DNA of 64,000 nt from Amphiscolops sp. MND2022 (taxonomy: Eukaryota). Within the stretch, counting starts at the first letter, position 1. Each line of letters begins with the position of its first letter. Below the pieces are notes generated by a model. That model was not told where the DNA came from and made no database searches. It was given only the letters and a program-made list of their open reading frames with translations. Positions 41,213 through 53,900 of the stretch are shown one piece after another. The stretch spans positions 15,252,001-15,316,000 of the forward strand of contig OZ076415.1 in assembly GCA_964187785.1 (NCBI GenBank). The letters are read 5' to 3'. The position numbers were made by a program, and so were the translations under genes.

Positions 41213-42772
41213 ACTTTCAAATCTTTTTACATACTTTCATGTTCATTTTAGTAATGTGTCCAATTGGATATTGTGTCCATTGCCTTTTTTGAAGCCGAAG
41301 ATTTCGGCAAAGTATGTAAAAGTTGATGTTCTTTGTTGTGTTAATTTTGTTGCTTATTTCTGTTAATGATCGACTTTAAAAAAAAGAAAAGTGTGGTAAT
41401 CAAATAAAAAATAGCAAAATAGCGACTTACCGGTGCCTGAAATGAACCCATTTCCAGTTTTGTTACACGAATTAGCGATACGAGGTTATAATTGATATAT
41501 TTACAGTCTCCTGTAATGCTAGAGCATATATGCAGTAATTGTTCAGAAAGTACCCAAAACAGGTATAATGATGTACCTAGGATGTAGCATAGTGAACATA
41601 CACACTCTGCCGTATGAGGAAATTCTACAAAAACAGCATGATGGAAATAGCATAACGACCACTCACACTGGTGCTCAGATATTATGACGTACTATGAAGT
41701 TTATGCAGAAATATCAGGAAAACGGTATGATGAATAAAAGTTAGACCAGCATGATAATAACCTGTGCGGTGGCGCTAGTTCATTATACTGCAATATGCCG
41801 TTTTTATTAGACAGCATATGCGGAATTATAGTAACAAGCAGAATAATTCGCATATTATGCTACGGTATTCCGCATTCAATACAGTGCTATATTTAGACCT
41901 TCCAGGGACATGACGTAATGATGTATTATTAACTTTTGACCCCAGAAATACGACGTTATGATGATTTAGATAAAATTGGTGGTCATGCTACCAAATATAA
42001 CACCCAATGAAATCATTTTTTGAAGGAACTTCAAAATTAGTTTTCCATATAGTCATTCAACAAAAGTCTCTTGCACCATACAGTCACTCAATTCCGTAAA
42101 CAACCCACAAGTCCCCAAATTTTGCAGCTCTCTTGCTCTGTAAAGATAACTTCTACAGTTTCATTCCACCCAAATATCTTTGTAATTCAAAGGTTTACAC
42201 ACAACACCATTTTCATCATGGGAAACGAGAGAAGAAGACGGTCAAGGAGAGTAGAATCTCAGTCATCAGACAGAGACAAAAACGTTTCAGAAGCAAGCTT
42301 CACTCAAGGTAACGCGCCTTTAGTTGATGTTTCTGAAAATGTTAACAACATTTTGACAGGAACTTAGGTAGCGAATTAACGGAACCATCACAAATCAGCA
42401 ACGAGATAGTAATAATTACCCAGAGATTGTCTGAACAAAACAGTCACAAGTTGACACAAATTGAACAACAATTGAATAGCAAATTCGAAGGAATACTTAA
42501 AGAAATTAAAACAAACAAAGGGAGCAATTTAGTAGATGATGAAGATGATGCCGAGGATGATAGGCCTAGCACATCAAATTCAGGAAATAAACATCTCAGG
42601 AGAAAACACGCATCAAACAACGAAATTAATAGAGATAAAAATCAAGATAATCGCTTTCAGTCCTCAGAGATGCATGAACTAAGGCAACCGCTAACCCCTT
42701 TTGGGATCACAAACGTACCACTAGATGATACCATCATCATAAACGAAAATGGACAGGAAGCCGATTATCACA
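41088..42772 (+). repeat. Element C 3' LTR
   Basis: Starts TGTCGGCAAGCTACCC, ends TATCACA, and is homologous to 23775-25555 with indels. Confidence 0.85.
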
Positions 42773-42854
42773 TGGTGAAAGTCAATTGGCCACTTCCGGT
42801 GAAAAATTTCAAACTTTTAGACTAGTTCCGAAAAGGAAGCATAGAATCTCTCCC

Positions 42855-44517
42855 TGTCGCAAGCTGCCGCCTGCGACGGGAATTATTATCAAATTCCCGA
42901 GGAATGTGTGGAATCTAACCCTCAACCCGGAGTACTACCAATTTAGAAGTTTAATATTAAAACGCTTTGAAATTTCGCTTAAATTTCCTTTTGGGTTGTT
43001 ATTTTATATTTTACCGTGACGGACCTATGGTCCACACGGCTTCATCAGAAATTACGATTATATTTATCGGGGCTACATTTTACTGATTAAAATAAGTCCT
43101 GTGCCTGTTCTATTGAATGAATGAAATTGTGGTATTGCAGTACAAATGTAAAATAACAAGGAAGATGAGTCTGCTGTTAATTACAACTAGGAAACGAGTT
43201 CAAATGAACTCTTGTTGACGTCCGGTGTACGCACCGGCCTTATATTATTGTCCAATCACAGTGCTATACAATATGCTTGCTGTAGCTGCGCGGACCGAAA
43301 GTCTGCCACGGTGCTATTTACTGTCACTCAGGCAGCTCAAGTACGCTTGTTGTAGCTACTACATAGAAGTATAATATGAATGGTGTGATGTAGTTATTTA
43401 TACTCTGAGTCCACTAGAGAAATAATAATGTATGAATTGCCCTGTATAACATTCAAAAGCCATGTAAAGTTGATGCCCGCATGTATTTGTTCGTATTTAG
43501 ACATGTATGTTTCAGACTTATATAATACTTACGGTCTATCTACCAACTACTATAATTCGCTTTGATGCTATATTTAGTAGTGCAAATAGTGACGAAATAT
43601 GACGTCATGAAACCTAAAATAACTTGGGAGCTATTTTTAGTAGCATGACAACCATGAATTTGTTTGTCATGCAGGAAGGACTATATATAGCGAGACCCAA
43701 GAGACCGGAGGGACTTCTTTCTGAAAACTCCACCAGAAGACATAACGTAACTGAACCGTTTCTTTGTGTGATTGCAATTTTACCTTCAATATCATTTATA
43801 CGTTTTCCATCTGTTGTCAATATATACAATCAGTATGTTTCGTTAATACATTGTTGTTGTGTCTATTTTCTTCGATGCCTTCAACACGAAAGCAAAAGGC
43901 TAAAGAGAGACGCTCCAGGCAATTAGACATGCTGTCCGACGTAGAAAACGTCGATATAATGCTAGGAAGTTACCCTAGAGGTGATGAAGAAAATATTGTT
44001 AGCGAAGATGGAGTGAATTTGGACTCAGGGTCTAGTAGACCACAACAAAGTTCAAACCTTTTGGGAGAAGATTTAAGGTCTTTACTTAACACCAATAGTA
44101 GAGAAAATAGTGAAATTGCGACTGAGACCACTAAGTTGATAAATGAAGAAATTTCCAACCAATTGTCTAAAAAGCTCAATGAGATCAAAACTAGCCTGAA
44201 TTCTCAAATTCAGGATGCAATTACGGCCGCAATAACGGGTACAGTGCTTCCTTCTATCCAAAATACACTAGAAATGCAGGGGAGACCCGATTTCACTATG
44301 GTGGACCGAAGGTCCGAAGGGCTACATCCCAGCCCAAGACCGACTGATTTCACCATAAAGGACCGAAGGTCCAGTGGGCTACAACGGAACACCGAAGTAG
44401 GAAATTCGCAGAAAACGTGGGAAAATCGTCCCAAAACGTGCTATACTCAGAAATATAATAAACTTAGGTCTAGGGAGAGTTCAGCAGACTCAATTTATAG
44501 TGACCAAGATCACGACA
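42855..44517 (+). repeat. Element D 5' LTR (1663 bp)
   Basis: TGTCGCAAGC...GATCACGACA. It differs from the 3' LTR by scattered SNPs (roughly 1-2% by eye) and one 29-bp net indel. Confidence 0.96.
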
Positions 44518-44529
44518 TGGTGACAGGAG
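44518..44529 (+). promoter_or_regulatory. PBS TGGTGACAGGAG of element D
   Basis: Immediately after the LTR CA. It is absent after the 3' LTR, where the TSD follows instead. Confidence 0.9.
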
Positions 44530-45631
44530 CCAACCCTACCCCACATATGGTTCCTGAGTTTCTCACTGGACGTCCCATGCAATCCTGTGAGCACCTGCAA
44601 CGGCAAAATTCAAACAACAACGAGTCTCAGGATACCATTCCCCAAGGCCCTGAGACTACAGCACCAAATACTTCTTCCGACCCCATTAACCGTCTAGCTG
44701 AAGTATTAGTTGGCATGAACAACCGTCCATCAGCACAAACGCTGATGGTACGCCCAGTCAGCACAACCACACTGACGTTCGACGGCAAATCTGAGAAATT
44801 CGAACTTTTTGAAGATCTTTTTCACACAATGATAAAAATGCAACCAGATATGACTGAAACAATGAAAATAAACCATTTTCATTCATTGTTACGCAAGAAC
44901 GCGTTACAAATTTTCCGTAAAATCAATACGGCAAACAGGCAGACTCTGGAGGACATCCTAGCAGTATTCCGCCGAAAATACGTTAAACCTGAGTCCCAGG
45001 CGACAGCCAAACATAAATGGCACAGATTGGTGTTTGATCCAAACACCATGAAACTGCCAGACTTCCTTGAGGAATTAAATCAATGAACTGAAAAAGCGTT
45101 TGGCGAGAACGCCCAGGCCATGATCGATAGTCTCCTCTATGCCAAGTTACCGCCAAAATTGAAACGCTCCGTCAATATGGCTAGACTGGAAAACGCGACC
45201 TACGAGGAAATTGTTACCCATTTGGAACGAGAGCTTGAACTCAATGGACTTGAGGAGGGGGATGACATTCCGGTACCAACAATGTCCACTGCCCCTACAG
45301 CAACACGACCGGGAACTGGCCTTCTTTCCTCTGGCATTGATCCAATTATTACTTGCAACTGCTGCAAGAAACCTGGACATGTCAAAGACGATTGCCGCAA
45401 ACTCAAAAGAAAGGAGGAACAACGCCGCAATGAAGGGCAGGATACTAAGAAAGAATATCCCAAATGTCCAACTTGCGACAAAACGAACCACCCGGCGGAA
45501 AGATGTTGGAAAGGCGCTGGAGCCCACCTCAAGCCCAAAAACCTTAAACTGGATGACACCACGGTCACCGATAAGTCCACCAGCCAAGACGAAGCGAAAA
45601 ATAAACAAACCACGTCCATTTTAAAGAATCC

Positions 45632-45638
45632 AAAAAAC
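45632..45638 (+). promoter_or_regulatory. Candidate -1 ribosomal frameshift heptamer A AAA AAC at the gag-pol junction
   Basis: An X XXY YYZ heptamer directly before the gag stop, with pol in the -1 frame. Element C has T TTA AAC at the same position (26660-26666). Confidence 0.7.
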
Positions 45639-45643
45639 TAGAT

Positions 45644-48600
45644 TTGCCACGACTCCAGATAAATGAAACACTCCGTGTCCGACAATACATAAGATCTGAC
45701 CCTTCAAACGTCTATTACACTGAATACTATACAGGTCTTAAAGAAACTTCATCAGCTGACTGGCAGCAGCAGATGAAAACTCCACCTAATTTCCTTCCCA
45801 CTTTGGACCCTATGTCCAACAGACTACAAACGGATACTTCGACGATCCGACTTATACCTCTTGTCGACGATTATAACCCATATTACCCTGACCCTGACTA
45901 TGGTTTTGACCCTTACTGGGACGCTAATTGCTACGATCAACATCATCTAAACTTCTACCGAAATTTTAATAAACCGAATTCGAATATAGAACCAGACTCC
46001 TTTGAAATTGACCGAGCCTTAAATATGGTCCTTGCGAAAGCCCGAGCGGACCCATGGCAACACGACGAAGCACCAACACACCAAATGCCTCACACTCAGC
46101 CTCACAATGAATCTCACAGTACGGGACCACAGGTCTCTTTGACTACAGCAGTTGCCGCACGCTTCGTGAACACACTAGTCACCAGAACCGGCGAACCAGA
46201 TTATGTGCCACTGACAACCAATCTTGGCCTCAAATACAAACGACGAATGCTCTATTTTCCGATGGATTTTGGCGAACTAACTTTAGATGGCCTTGTAGAC
46301 ACGGGTGCTCTATCTAGTGCAATCCCAGAAGCTGATCTACGTAAAATCCGATTATTAGCCCCTCAGTCTATTGTCAAAGAGGGCCCAGCACCCAACTTCC
46401 AAATTATGGTCGCTAATGGACAGCTGGAGACTCCAAAGTGCACTGTCGAACTGAAATTTGAAGTCGGCGACATAGAATTTCACGAAATATTCATCGTCAT
46501 GGAAAAACTTACCAGTCCATTGATTGGTCTTTCGTTCCTTCAAAGGAACAATACCATCCTAGACATGAGACAAGGTGTCTTAAATTTCCCTTTCTTTTCA
46601 ATGCAACTGAAAACTGCTGATCACAAATATACTAATGTCATGGAACCCATTTGCATTAGCGAGGATGTTATCATCCCACCTAATGGCCGACAATCGGTCC
46701 TTATGACTTCACAACTGTACGAGAACACTACAGTTACTGGGATCCTTCAACCAAGCAACAATCTTACAGATGAAGGCGATATTGCATTCTGCGCTGCTCT
46801 ACTCACCCTGACCAATGGTCAGGTATCAGTTCATCTGAACAATTTTACTGATAGTCCGTACATCCTCAAGAGGGGTACACAGGTGGCTAATTTCACAGTC
46901 CTCACGCCAGAACAGATGAAATATGTTAAGCCCATTGACCCGGTGACCACATGGCACCTCCTACAAGATAACCCCGAAAACGCTGCTCATTATGCAAGTA
47001 GCTTGATCAAATCTACCAAACCTGAGGACCTCAAGGAAAACTACTGGTTTCCAACACCAGAAGACCCTGGGGACCCTCAATATCACACGCCGATTCAGAA
47101 ACGGATCCTGTCAGAACTTATCAACCTTCAGGAATTAGAAAAACTTAATCCTCAGGATGACCCCGAGTCACGACGCCAATTTTTGTCCAACTTTGATTGG
47201 ACCGACTCCATGCTACAGCCAGCCGAAATAGCTCGCATAGAAGATTTACTTGTCGAATTCCACGACATATTCGCTAGACACCGATTCGACATCGGCATGA
47301 ATGAAGACTTCAAGGTCAAATTGACCCCGAAAGATGACTCTCCGGCCTACAGTCAGAGTTTACCAACCCCAATTAACCTCAAGGAAGACATCCTTGTGGA
47401 ACTAGCTTTATTACATCGCTATGGGATCATTACAACACTCCCATTTTCCAAGTACGCAAGCCCCATTTTCGCACAAAAGAAACCCAATGGCAAACTGCGA
47501 CTTTTAGTCGACTTACGCAAAATAAACAACTTGATATCAGATGACTACATCAATAATAACCATCCAGTAAGTACCCTTACAGATGCCGCCCAACACATGG
47601 CCGGGAAAAAGCTATTCTGTAAATTGGACTGTTCGCAAGCTTACCATTGCCTACAGATGGCGGACCAGAGGTCCATCGAAATGCTTGCTTTCAACTTCGC
47701 CAGCAGAACTTTCGCATACAGACGTCTGGCACAAGGTCTTAGTAGAGCCCTATCGGCCTTTTCAAGCTTTATGCGAGAATATTTGGACGAAGTCATTAAA
47801 GCAGACCAATGTGCCCAATACGTCGATGATATTGGCATCGCTGCCAACGATGCCGAACAACTCATCAACAACCTGAGGGCCACTTTCCAATGCATACAAC
47901 AGGCTGGTCTCAAACTTACTATGCACAAATGCCATTTTGGGGCAACGGAAATCGACTTTCTGGGACGTACCATCACTCCTGCTGGAGTGAAGCCGCAGAG
48001 ACCTCGGGTCCAAAATTTCCTAGAAAATACGAAATTCCCAAAATCCAAGAAAGCACTACAGCGTTACTTGGGATTTTTGAATTATTATCGGAACTACATT
48101 CCAAGACTATCAGAAAAACTAACGCCGTTTTTCAAACTGCTCACTAAAGATGAAAAAGTCCTGGTGACACCGGACCTATTGGAAAAATTTACCGAAATAA
48201 ACAAGGCTCTTGATCGATGTTGCGAACTGGCACTCAAACAACCCTTACCGAACAAGCAAATAGCCCTCATTACTGACGCCAGCTTTTCGGCCGCAGGGTA
48301 CGCAGTTCTCATCGAAGACGATCCACTCGAGAAGTACACTTCCACGAGGAAAGCTTTCGCACCAGTAGCTTATGGATCCAAGACTTTTAGTCCTACCCAA
48401 TTGAAAATGTCCATCTATGCCAAGGAATTCTTAGCAATTTTCTTTGCCTTCAAAGAATTTGGACATATCTTTTGGGGAACCCCAAAACCGGTAATTATAC
48501 TCACAGACAACAAGTCCGTCACACGCTTTTTTCAAACTAAAATTATTCCGCCGACATTATGGAACGCTTGTGATTATGTGATCCAGTTTAACTTCACAAT

Positions 48601-50742
48601 AGCACATATCCCAGGCAAAAACAACACAGCGGCTGATTATCTGTCACGTCTAGAAATCTCTCCAAAAGAGAAATTAATCCTCAGAATCAGAGAAAACATC
48701 CCCACAACGCCAATTGAACTACACGTCCAATCGGCCGGAGTTTCGGAAGAGGAACAAATCTTCTATACAGAGGACGATGACGAGACTGAAGAACAACTTT
48801 TACAGCGTAAAAAAGACGCCAGGGACCACCCGACAAACCAATTACCTGATATTTTATTCGAAAAGTTTACCACACACAAAAGTGATTATCACCGACTCTC
48901 CCCACTCCAAAAACTATCCTACACGAACTCTATAGCAGTAGAGCAGAATAACGACGTCATTTTACAACAATTGCGCCTAAAAATACTGAAAGAGAGCTAC
49001 TCTGAGACCATTCTCCTGCAAGATACTCGTTACCAACATTACTGTCGCCAAATGGACCGACTGTCCGTAGTAGACGAAATTATTACTAGACAGTATTTTG
49101 ACGAAACCGGAGCTGTCAAATACAATCAAGTGCTTTTACCTAAACATCTGGTCGATGAATTACTCGAATCCCTACACGGCAAAGCCAATAAACACCCGGG
49201 AATATCCAAGATGCTCATCGAAATTCTCCAAAAATATTACTATCCTGGCATCGCAAAAATTGTCAAAAAAAGGGTTCAAGGCTGCGAAATTTGCATTAAA
49301 GATAAAAGAGTTCCAAGCTCATCCATAACTCCCGAATTACTAACTTGCCTGAATGGGATTTAGGTCCAGAAGATGCAATGCAAATTGATTTGTTACCGAA
49401 CCTGCCCCCCAGTGGAGGTTATGAAAACATCATAACTGCAATGGATGTGCTCTCAAGATATCTTTTTGCATATCCAGTTATCGACGCTTCGGCCACAAAC
49501 ACAGCAAAGGTTATTATAGACATAATGACCAAACATACTTACTTGCCCACTACCTTGATCACGGACAAAGGCACGGCTTTTACATCCAGACTAGTCGCCG
49601 AAGTGGCTCAAATTCTCGGAATTCGCATTAAATGCGCAACTACAAAACACCCGCAAACAATTGGCAAACTAGAACGTACTCATGCCAGTCTCAAAACAAA
49701 CCTCAAGATGGCCTCAGGGGACTACAGGCGACAGTGGCATAAACATTTGCCTTTAGCCGTATTGAACTACAATACGACTTACCACGCCACCCTGGGTTGC
49801 GAACCATCCAGAATTTTTCACGGACGAATCCCATATAATATTTTGGATCACAAATTGGGCCTTAACCCTAACCCGAAGGTCCTACCGACTACAGATTTTG
49901 CTGACGAATTCCAGCGCCGCACACAGCTACTACTAGACTCCACAAAGAAAAACATCATGCAATCCTATTTAAAGTACAAAGAATATTACGACCGGAAAGC
50001 CAAAGCGGCTCCTTTGAAACAGAACGACTACTGTTTTATATTGCAACCTATCGCTGACCACCAAGGATCGAAAATTCCTTTCCGTGAATACAGATGGACG
50101 GGACCCTACATTGTAGAAAAGGTCTTACCAAACGAAAACTACATAGTTCGGAAATTGAGTTCTAACAAAACGCAAATTCTTCACCGTATTAGACTTCGTA
50201 AATATGAACTGAACCTTGTCCCACAAGACAACAGACCGGAAGGCAATTTGCAACCGGATGATGAAATAATCATTCCACAGGACGACCTCTATGTTATTAC
50301 TTGGGAAACCAATTTTGGAGAATTTCCCGATTCAACTGAAGAAAACACATTTCCTACGTATCGAGACGCTCGCGATGCTTCTACTGATTACGCCAAGGAC
50401 GCCAGAGCGCCGGACGAAATTTCCACCGACATGGACCTTACGTCCACCGGGCCTCAAGAAAATGACACGAGAGTGCCAGACGGCATTTCAAATGACGGGG
50501 ACCTTAGGTCTACCGGGCCACATGAACAGGATGACTTGGCAACGCTTGGAAAAACTCCTTCAGAGCGCACAAATGATTGGAATGACGGTCAAGAATCGTC
50601 AGGAGTAAGCGATACTATCGTGCCCGAAGTATTAGATGATGAAAACGATGATATGATTGTAGAAAATGAAAGTCCTAGGGGAGGAAAATATAACCTTCGT
50701 CCTAACCCCACCCCCAACTTTACTGATGAATACAGATACTAG
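45644..50742 (+). CDS. pol: Element D pol polyprotein PR-RT-RNaseH-IN (single frameshift at ~49345)
   Basis: LVDTGALSS; QYVDDIG; TDASFSAAG..SIYAKEFLAIFFAF; HGKANKHPG..CEIC; QIDLL/TDKGTAF/LERTHASLK; WTGPYIVEK; RGGKYNLRPNPTPNFTDEYRY. The domain order is Ty3/gypsy. Confidence 0.96.
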
Positions 50743-50941
50743 TCAGACACTTAAATTAAAGCCCCGTCTTTGACAAATAAATACATGCATCTTTTCAGGA
50801 CTTGACTGACTGCTACTCTAGATCGGTAATAGAATAAATAATAATAAACACAAAAACCAAAAGAAGACATCAGAAGATTTTACAACATGGAAGATGTTTA
50901 TTTCACAATTGTACAATTTGTACAATTAAAACTTGTCACAA

Positions 50942-53900
50942 TTAAATCACCTTCTCAGCCTTCTGTTTACACCCGACAGCAAGTCTGGCGCCCAGTTTAG
51001 AACGACTGATGAAATCTTCTACGGATAAGGCCCTAGCGTCTGGAAAGGAGAGTTTCATGATGGCTTGGAAATCATTCTCGGCGGGGAGGCTGTTGGTCCT
51101 TATACATCTGCGGCCAAGCTTTAGGAGGAACCGACAAAACTCCTTGTACACATGGAACCCACGATCTCTTCTGGATTTCAAGTTCAACGAGAAACTGGAT
51201 GTATCTGAAACAAGAACCTTGAAGACCCGTACCTAAGGCCCTAGATGTAAAATTAATGAATAAAACTCACAATCTCTAATAAGTCGGTTGAACAACTCCA
51301 ATCTGCTGAGGAACAAGTCGTCATACACTATCGACCATTCCAAGTTTTGAGGCTAAAACGGACGACAATTAAGATCAAGCGGACCTACGGTACCGATGGC
51401 CAGACAAAGATGCGTGATTTACCTGTTTGCGAACTCCTTGATTTTCTTGGGTGGGAGCGTGTTTGCGTAGGTAAGTGATCACCTTGGACCAGTTGTCAAT
51501 GAGTTCCTGGCAGAGCGATGGTAATCCACTAATGTCAAGTTGACTCGTTCGGACAGCCTGTAGGGAAAGAAATAGGTTTAGACACTAGTGGGTCCGATCG
51601 GAGTTGTAGCAAGAAGTGAAAAATCCCAATCAAGTTCTAGACATCCGCCCAAGCAGATGACTAGGTATCTCAAGACTGAGAAGAAGTCGATTTTGCCAAA
51701 GACACTACTGCACTTCTTATGCATGAGCTGTGGCAAGTTGAGTTCCTCAAATCTAGGCGGACTTTGGACACTGAACTCACTGTATGGGCTCTGATCGATC
51801 AATTGCATTGAACGTGCGCTGCAGCCAGTTGAGCAAATGAGGTTGGGCGTAGTTGACAATACTCCCATCAAGTACGAGATAAGGCACATCTCGGCACTAG
51901 TCTGGCCTTGCAGACGACTAGTCCGCTTGAGGAAGACCCTACACAGCTCGTCTGATCTCCATAATCGAATGAAGATGAGAAGAAAGACCCCATCTGTTGC
52001 GAATTCCACTGCGTACTCGCCGTTCAAGTTCACGTGGGTAGCTATGTCAGTCACAAGTTCAAGGAACATGTGGTGGAACAGTAACTAAAATCAGACAAGA
52101 CAAGGTTTACTAACGTCTTGGGACCTTCAACTTACGAAGCTAAAATTCGGAAGACAATAGTTATGGGAACTTACACTAAGCCGTTCTTTCCCCCAGTTAA
52201 AATCGGTAAATAAAGCTTGATGGTTGAATATCACTCCGACGTCACTCCAGAACGACTTCAAGACCTCTAGGTCACCGTTGGAAGGGAGGAATTTAGCCAA
52301 CACTGACAATTGCACTCGTGCTCTACTGTTAGACGAAGAAGACATGTGGTCCTGACCAGCCATATATTCATCATAAAACGGAAGTTTTTGTCCGATTTCT
52401 ACTAATTGGGCGTTCTTGAAGAAAGGTAGCTCCAATTCCAATTGATAGGGAGTTAACAACTTCCCGTCCCTTCCGCGTACTTGGTGGACCTTTGATCGGG
52501 TGACAGGATCAATGGTATATAGGTACTCATACCTCCACCTCTGGTCTTTTCGGAGGTGTTTTTCAGTTGAGTGGTGTCGTAAAATTTCTCGGGCCCCTTT
52601 TCCGTAGATCGAGATATTGGCTTTGCAGATCTGACAATAGAACTTATAGGGGTTCCACTGTGGGTCCACCGGGCCAGAGACGAACGTTCGGGTCCATTCC
52701 ATACCTTGGAAGTAGGCCTCTTTCATTATTTTACACGATCGAGTAACTTTACGCCGTGTACCTGTACCTCGGAATGAAGAAGCTGATTTCTTCTGCTTGC
52801 TTCGAGCACGCTTAGACTGGTCGTATAGGGCTTCAGCCTTCAGTGATGCAAGGGTTTGCCCTCCTGGGCTGTCCGCGCTGAATGCCTCGGTGTTGGACTG
52901 GAGGTCTTGCCGGCTACAGGAAGCTCTCTCTCCGGCCCCGGGGGGAACGTTTATTCTGGCTATGTCAAGGTCCTCATACGAGTACCCGATGCTGGAAAAA
53001 TCATCATCACTGCGAATGGCACCGCTAGCGTCACTTAGACGTCCTGATGATCTACTGCTTGCTCTATGAGGGGATCGGCTAACTGACCTACCAGGGGAAC
53101 GAGGCTGTCTGGGTCCAGTTCCAAGATGCAGTTCGCTAGTCTTTTGGATCAGCTTCTCCATTACCCCACACGAGGCCCTCACAGCTTCATCGGCCACGAC
53201 CTTGAGGACACTACTAATCTGGTCTTCTGTGAAGGCAACAGTTGGGTGACCTTTTGGAAAGTCGAACCTTTCAGCATTACTGAAGAACTCCTTGATAAAG
53301 GCTCTACTACTAGGTCCTAGAGTGGGACTACGAGAAGAGCTGGGGAGTCCTACGGGTACAAAAGCACTATCAGAGTCATCTGTGTGAAGAGGAGGAGTTT
53401 TGGTCCTAAGGTTCAAAGCTTGTGCAATGGTAGACCCTGCTGGGTTGGTAGTAGATTCACGGTCAGTGTCAAATCCAAACTCAGAACTACTCAAGGCCTT
53501 ATGAACAGGAGGCATCTCTTGGTCCATCTCATCCGAAGAATGAACCGGGGGAACTAATGTGGATGAAGAAGTGGTTTTGGGAAGCGATTCCAGCTGAAGA
53601 GGTGCATCAGTTGTGACAACACTCCCTATTCTAGGTCTCTTATTGGCCTGATGCCCCAACTCGGATCCAGAGTCATCTTCAGTTTGCGTCTGGATTCCCA
53701 AATGGATCTCATTCGCGGGACCCGGAGTCACAGTTTCTCCACTAGATGAAGAATTTGCTGCTGGAGTAACGGCAACAGCCTCACTCTCACTTTCTTTCGC
53801 AAATGCTCTTTGGTCTTCAGTTGATGGAAGCTTACTTGTTCCCGTTTCCATGGAATTTACCCTTCGGGCAAAATAGGCCTGCACGCTCTCCTCAGAGCTG

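Larger units (their letters stand above)
23775..42772 (+). mobile_element. Element C: degenerate Ty3/gypsy LTR retrotransposon with extra genes (~19 kb including the duplication)
   Basis: TG..CA LTRs at 23775-25555 and 41088-42772, flanked by TGATG and TGGTG (5-bp TSD with one mismatch). PBS remnant CGGTGACAGGA at 25556. Confidence 0.88.
43875..45641 (+). pseudogene. gag: Element D gag (ATG inside the LTR; one premature TGA at 45084-45086)
   Basis: MPSTRKQKAKERRSRQ...DHD-MVTG-...FDGKSEKFELFEDLFHTMIKMQP..RKYVKPESQATAKHKW, with knuckles CNCCKKPGHVKDDC and CPTCDKTNHPAERC. Confidence 0.93.

Noticed and set aside
43764-43874. Hydrophobic N-terminal extension of Gag in the ORF track (MCDCNF...)
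   Set aside because: It depends on a non-ATG start in T-rich LTR sequence; the first ATG is at 43875.
45147-45619. Long opposite-strand ORFs over gag/pol (also 16923-17321, 19614-21014, 47641-48048)
   Set aside because: Antisense shadows of real coding sequence with no motifs of their own.
51558-51583. 26-nt GTCTAA..AG intron to repair the unresolved junction in the element D gene
   Set aside because: The phase fits, but it is too short with a weak donor, and does not match the homologous donor position in element C.
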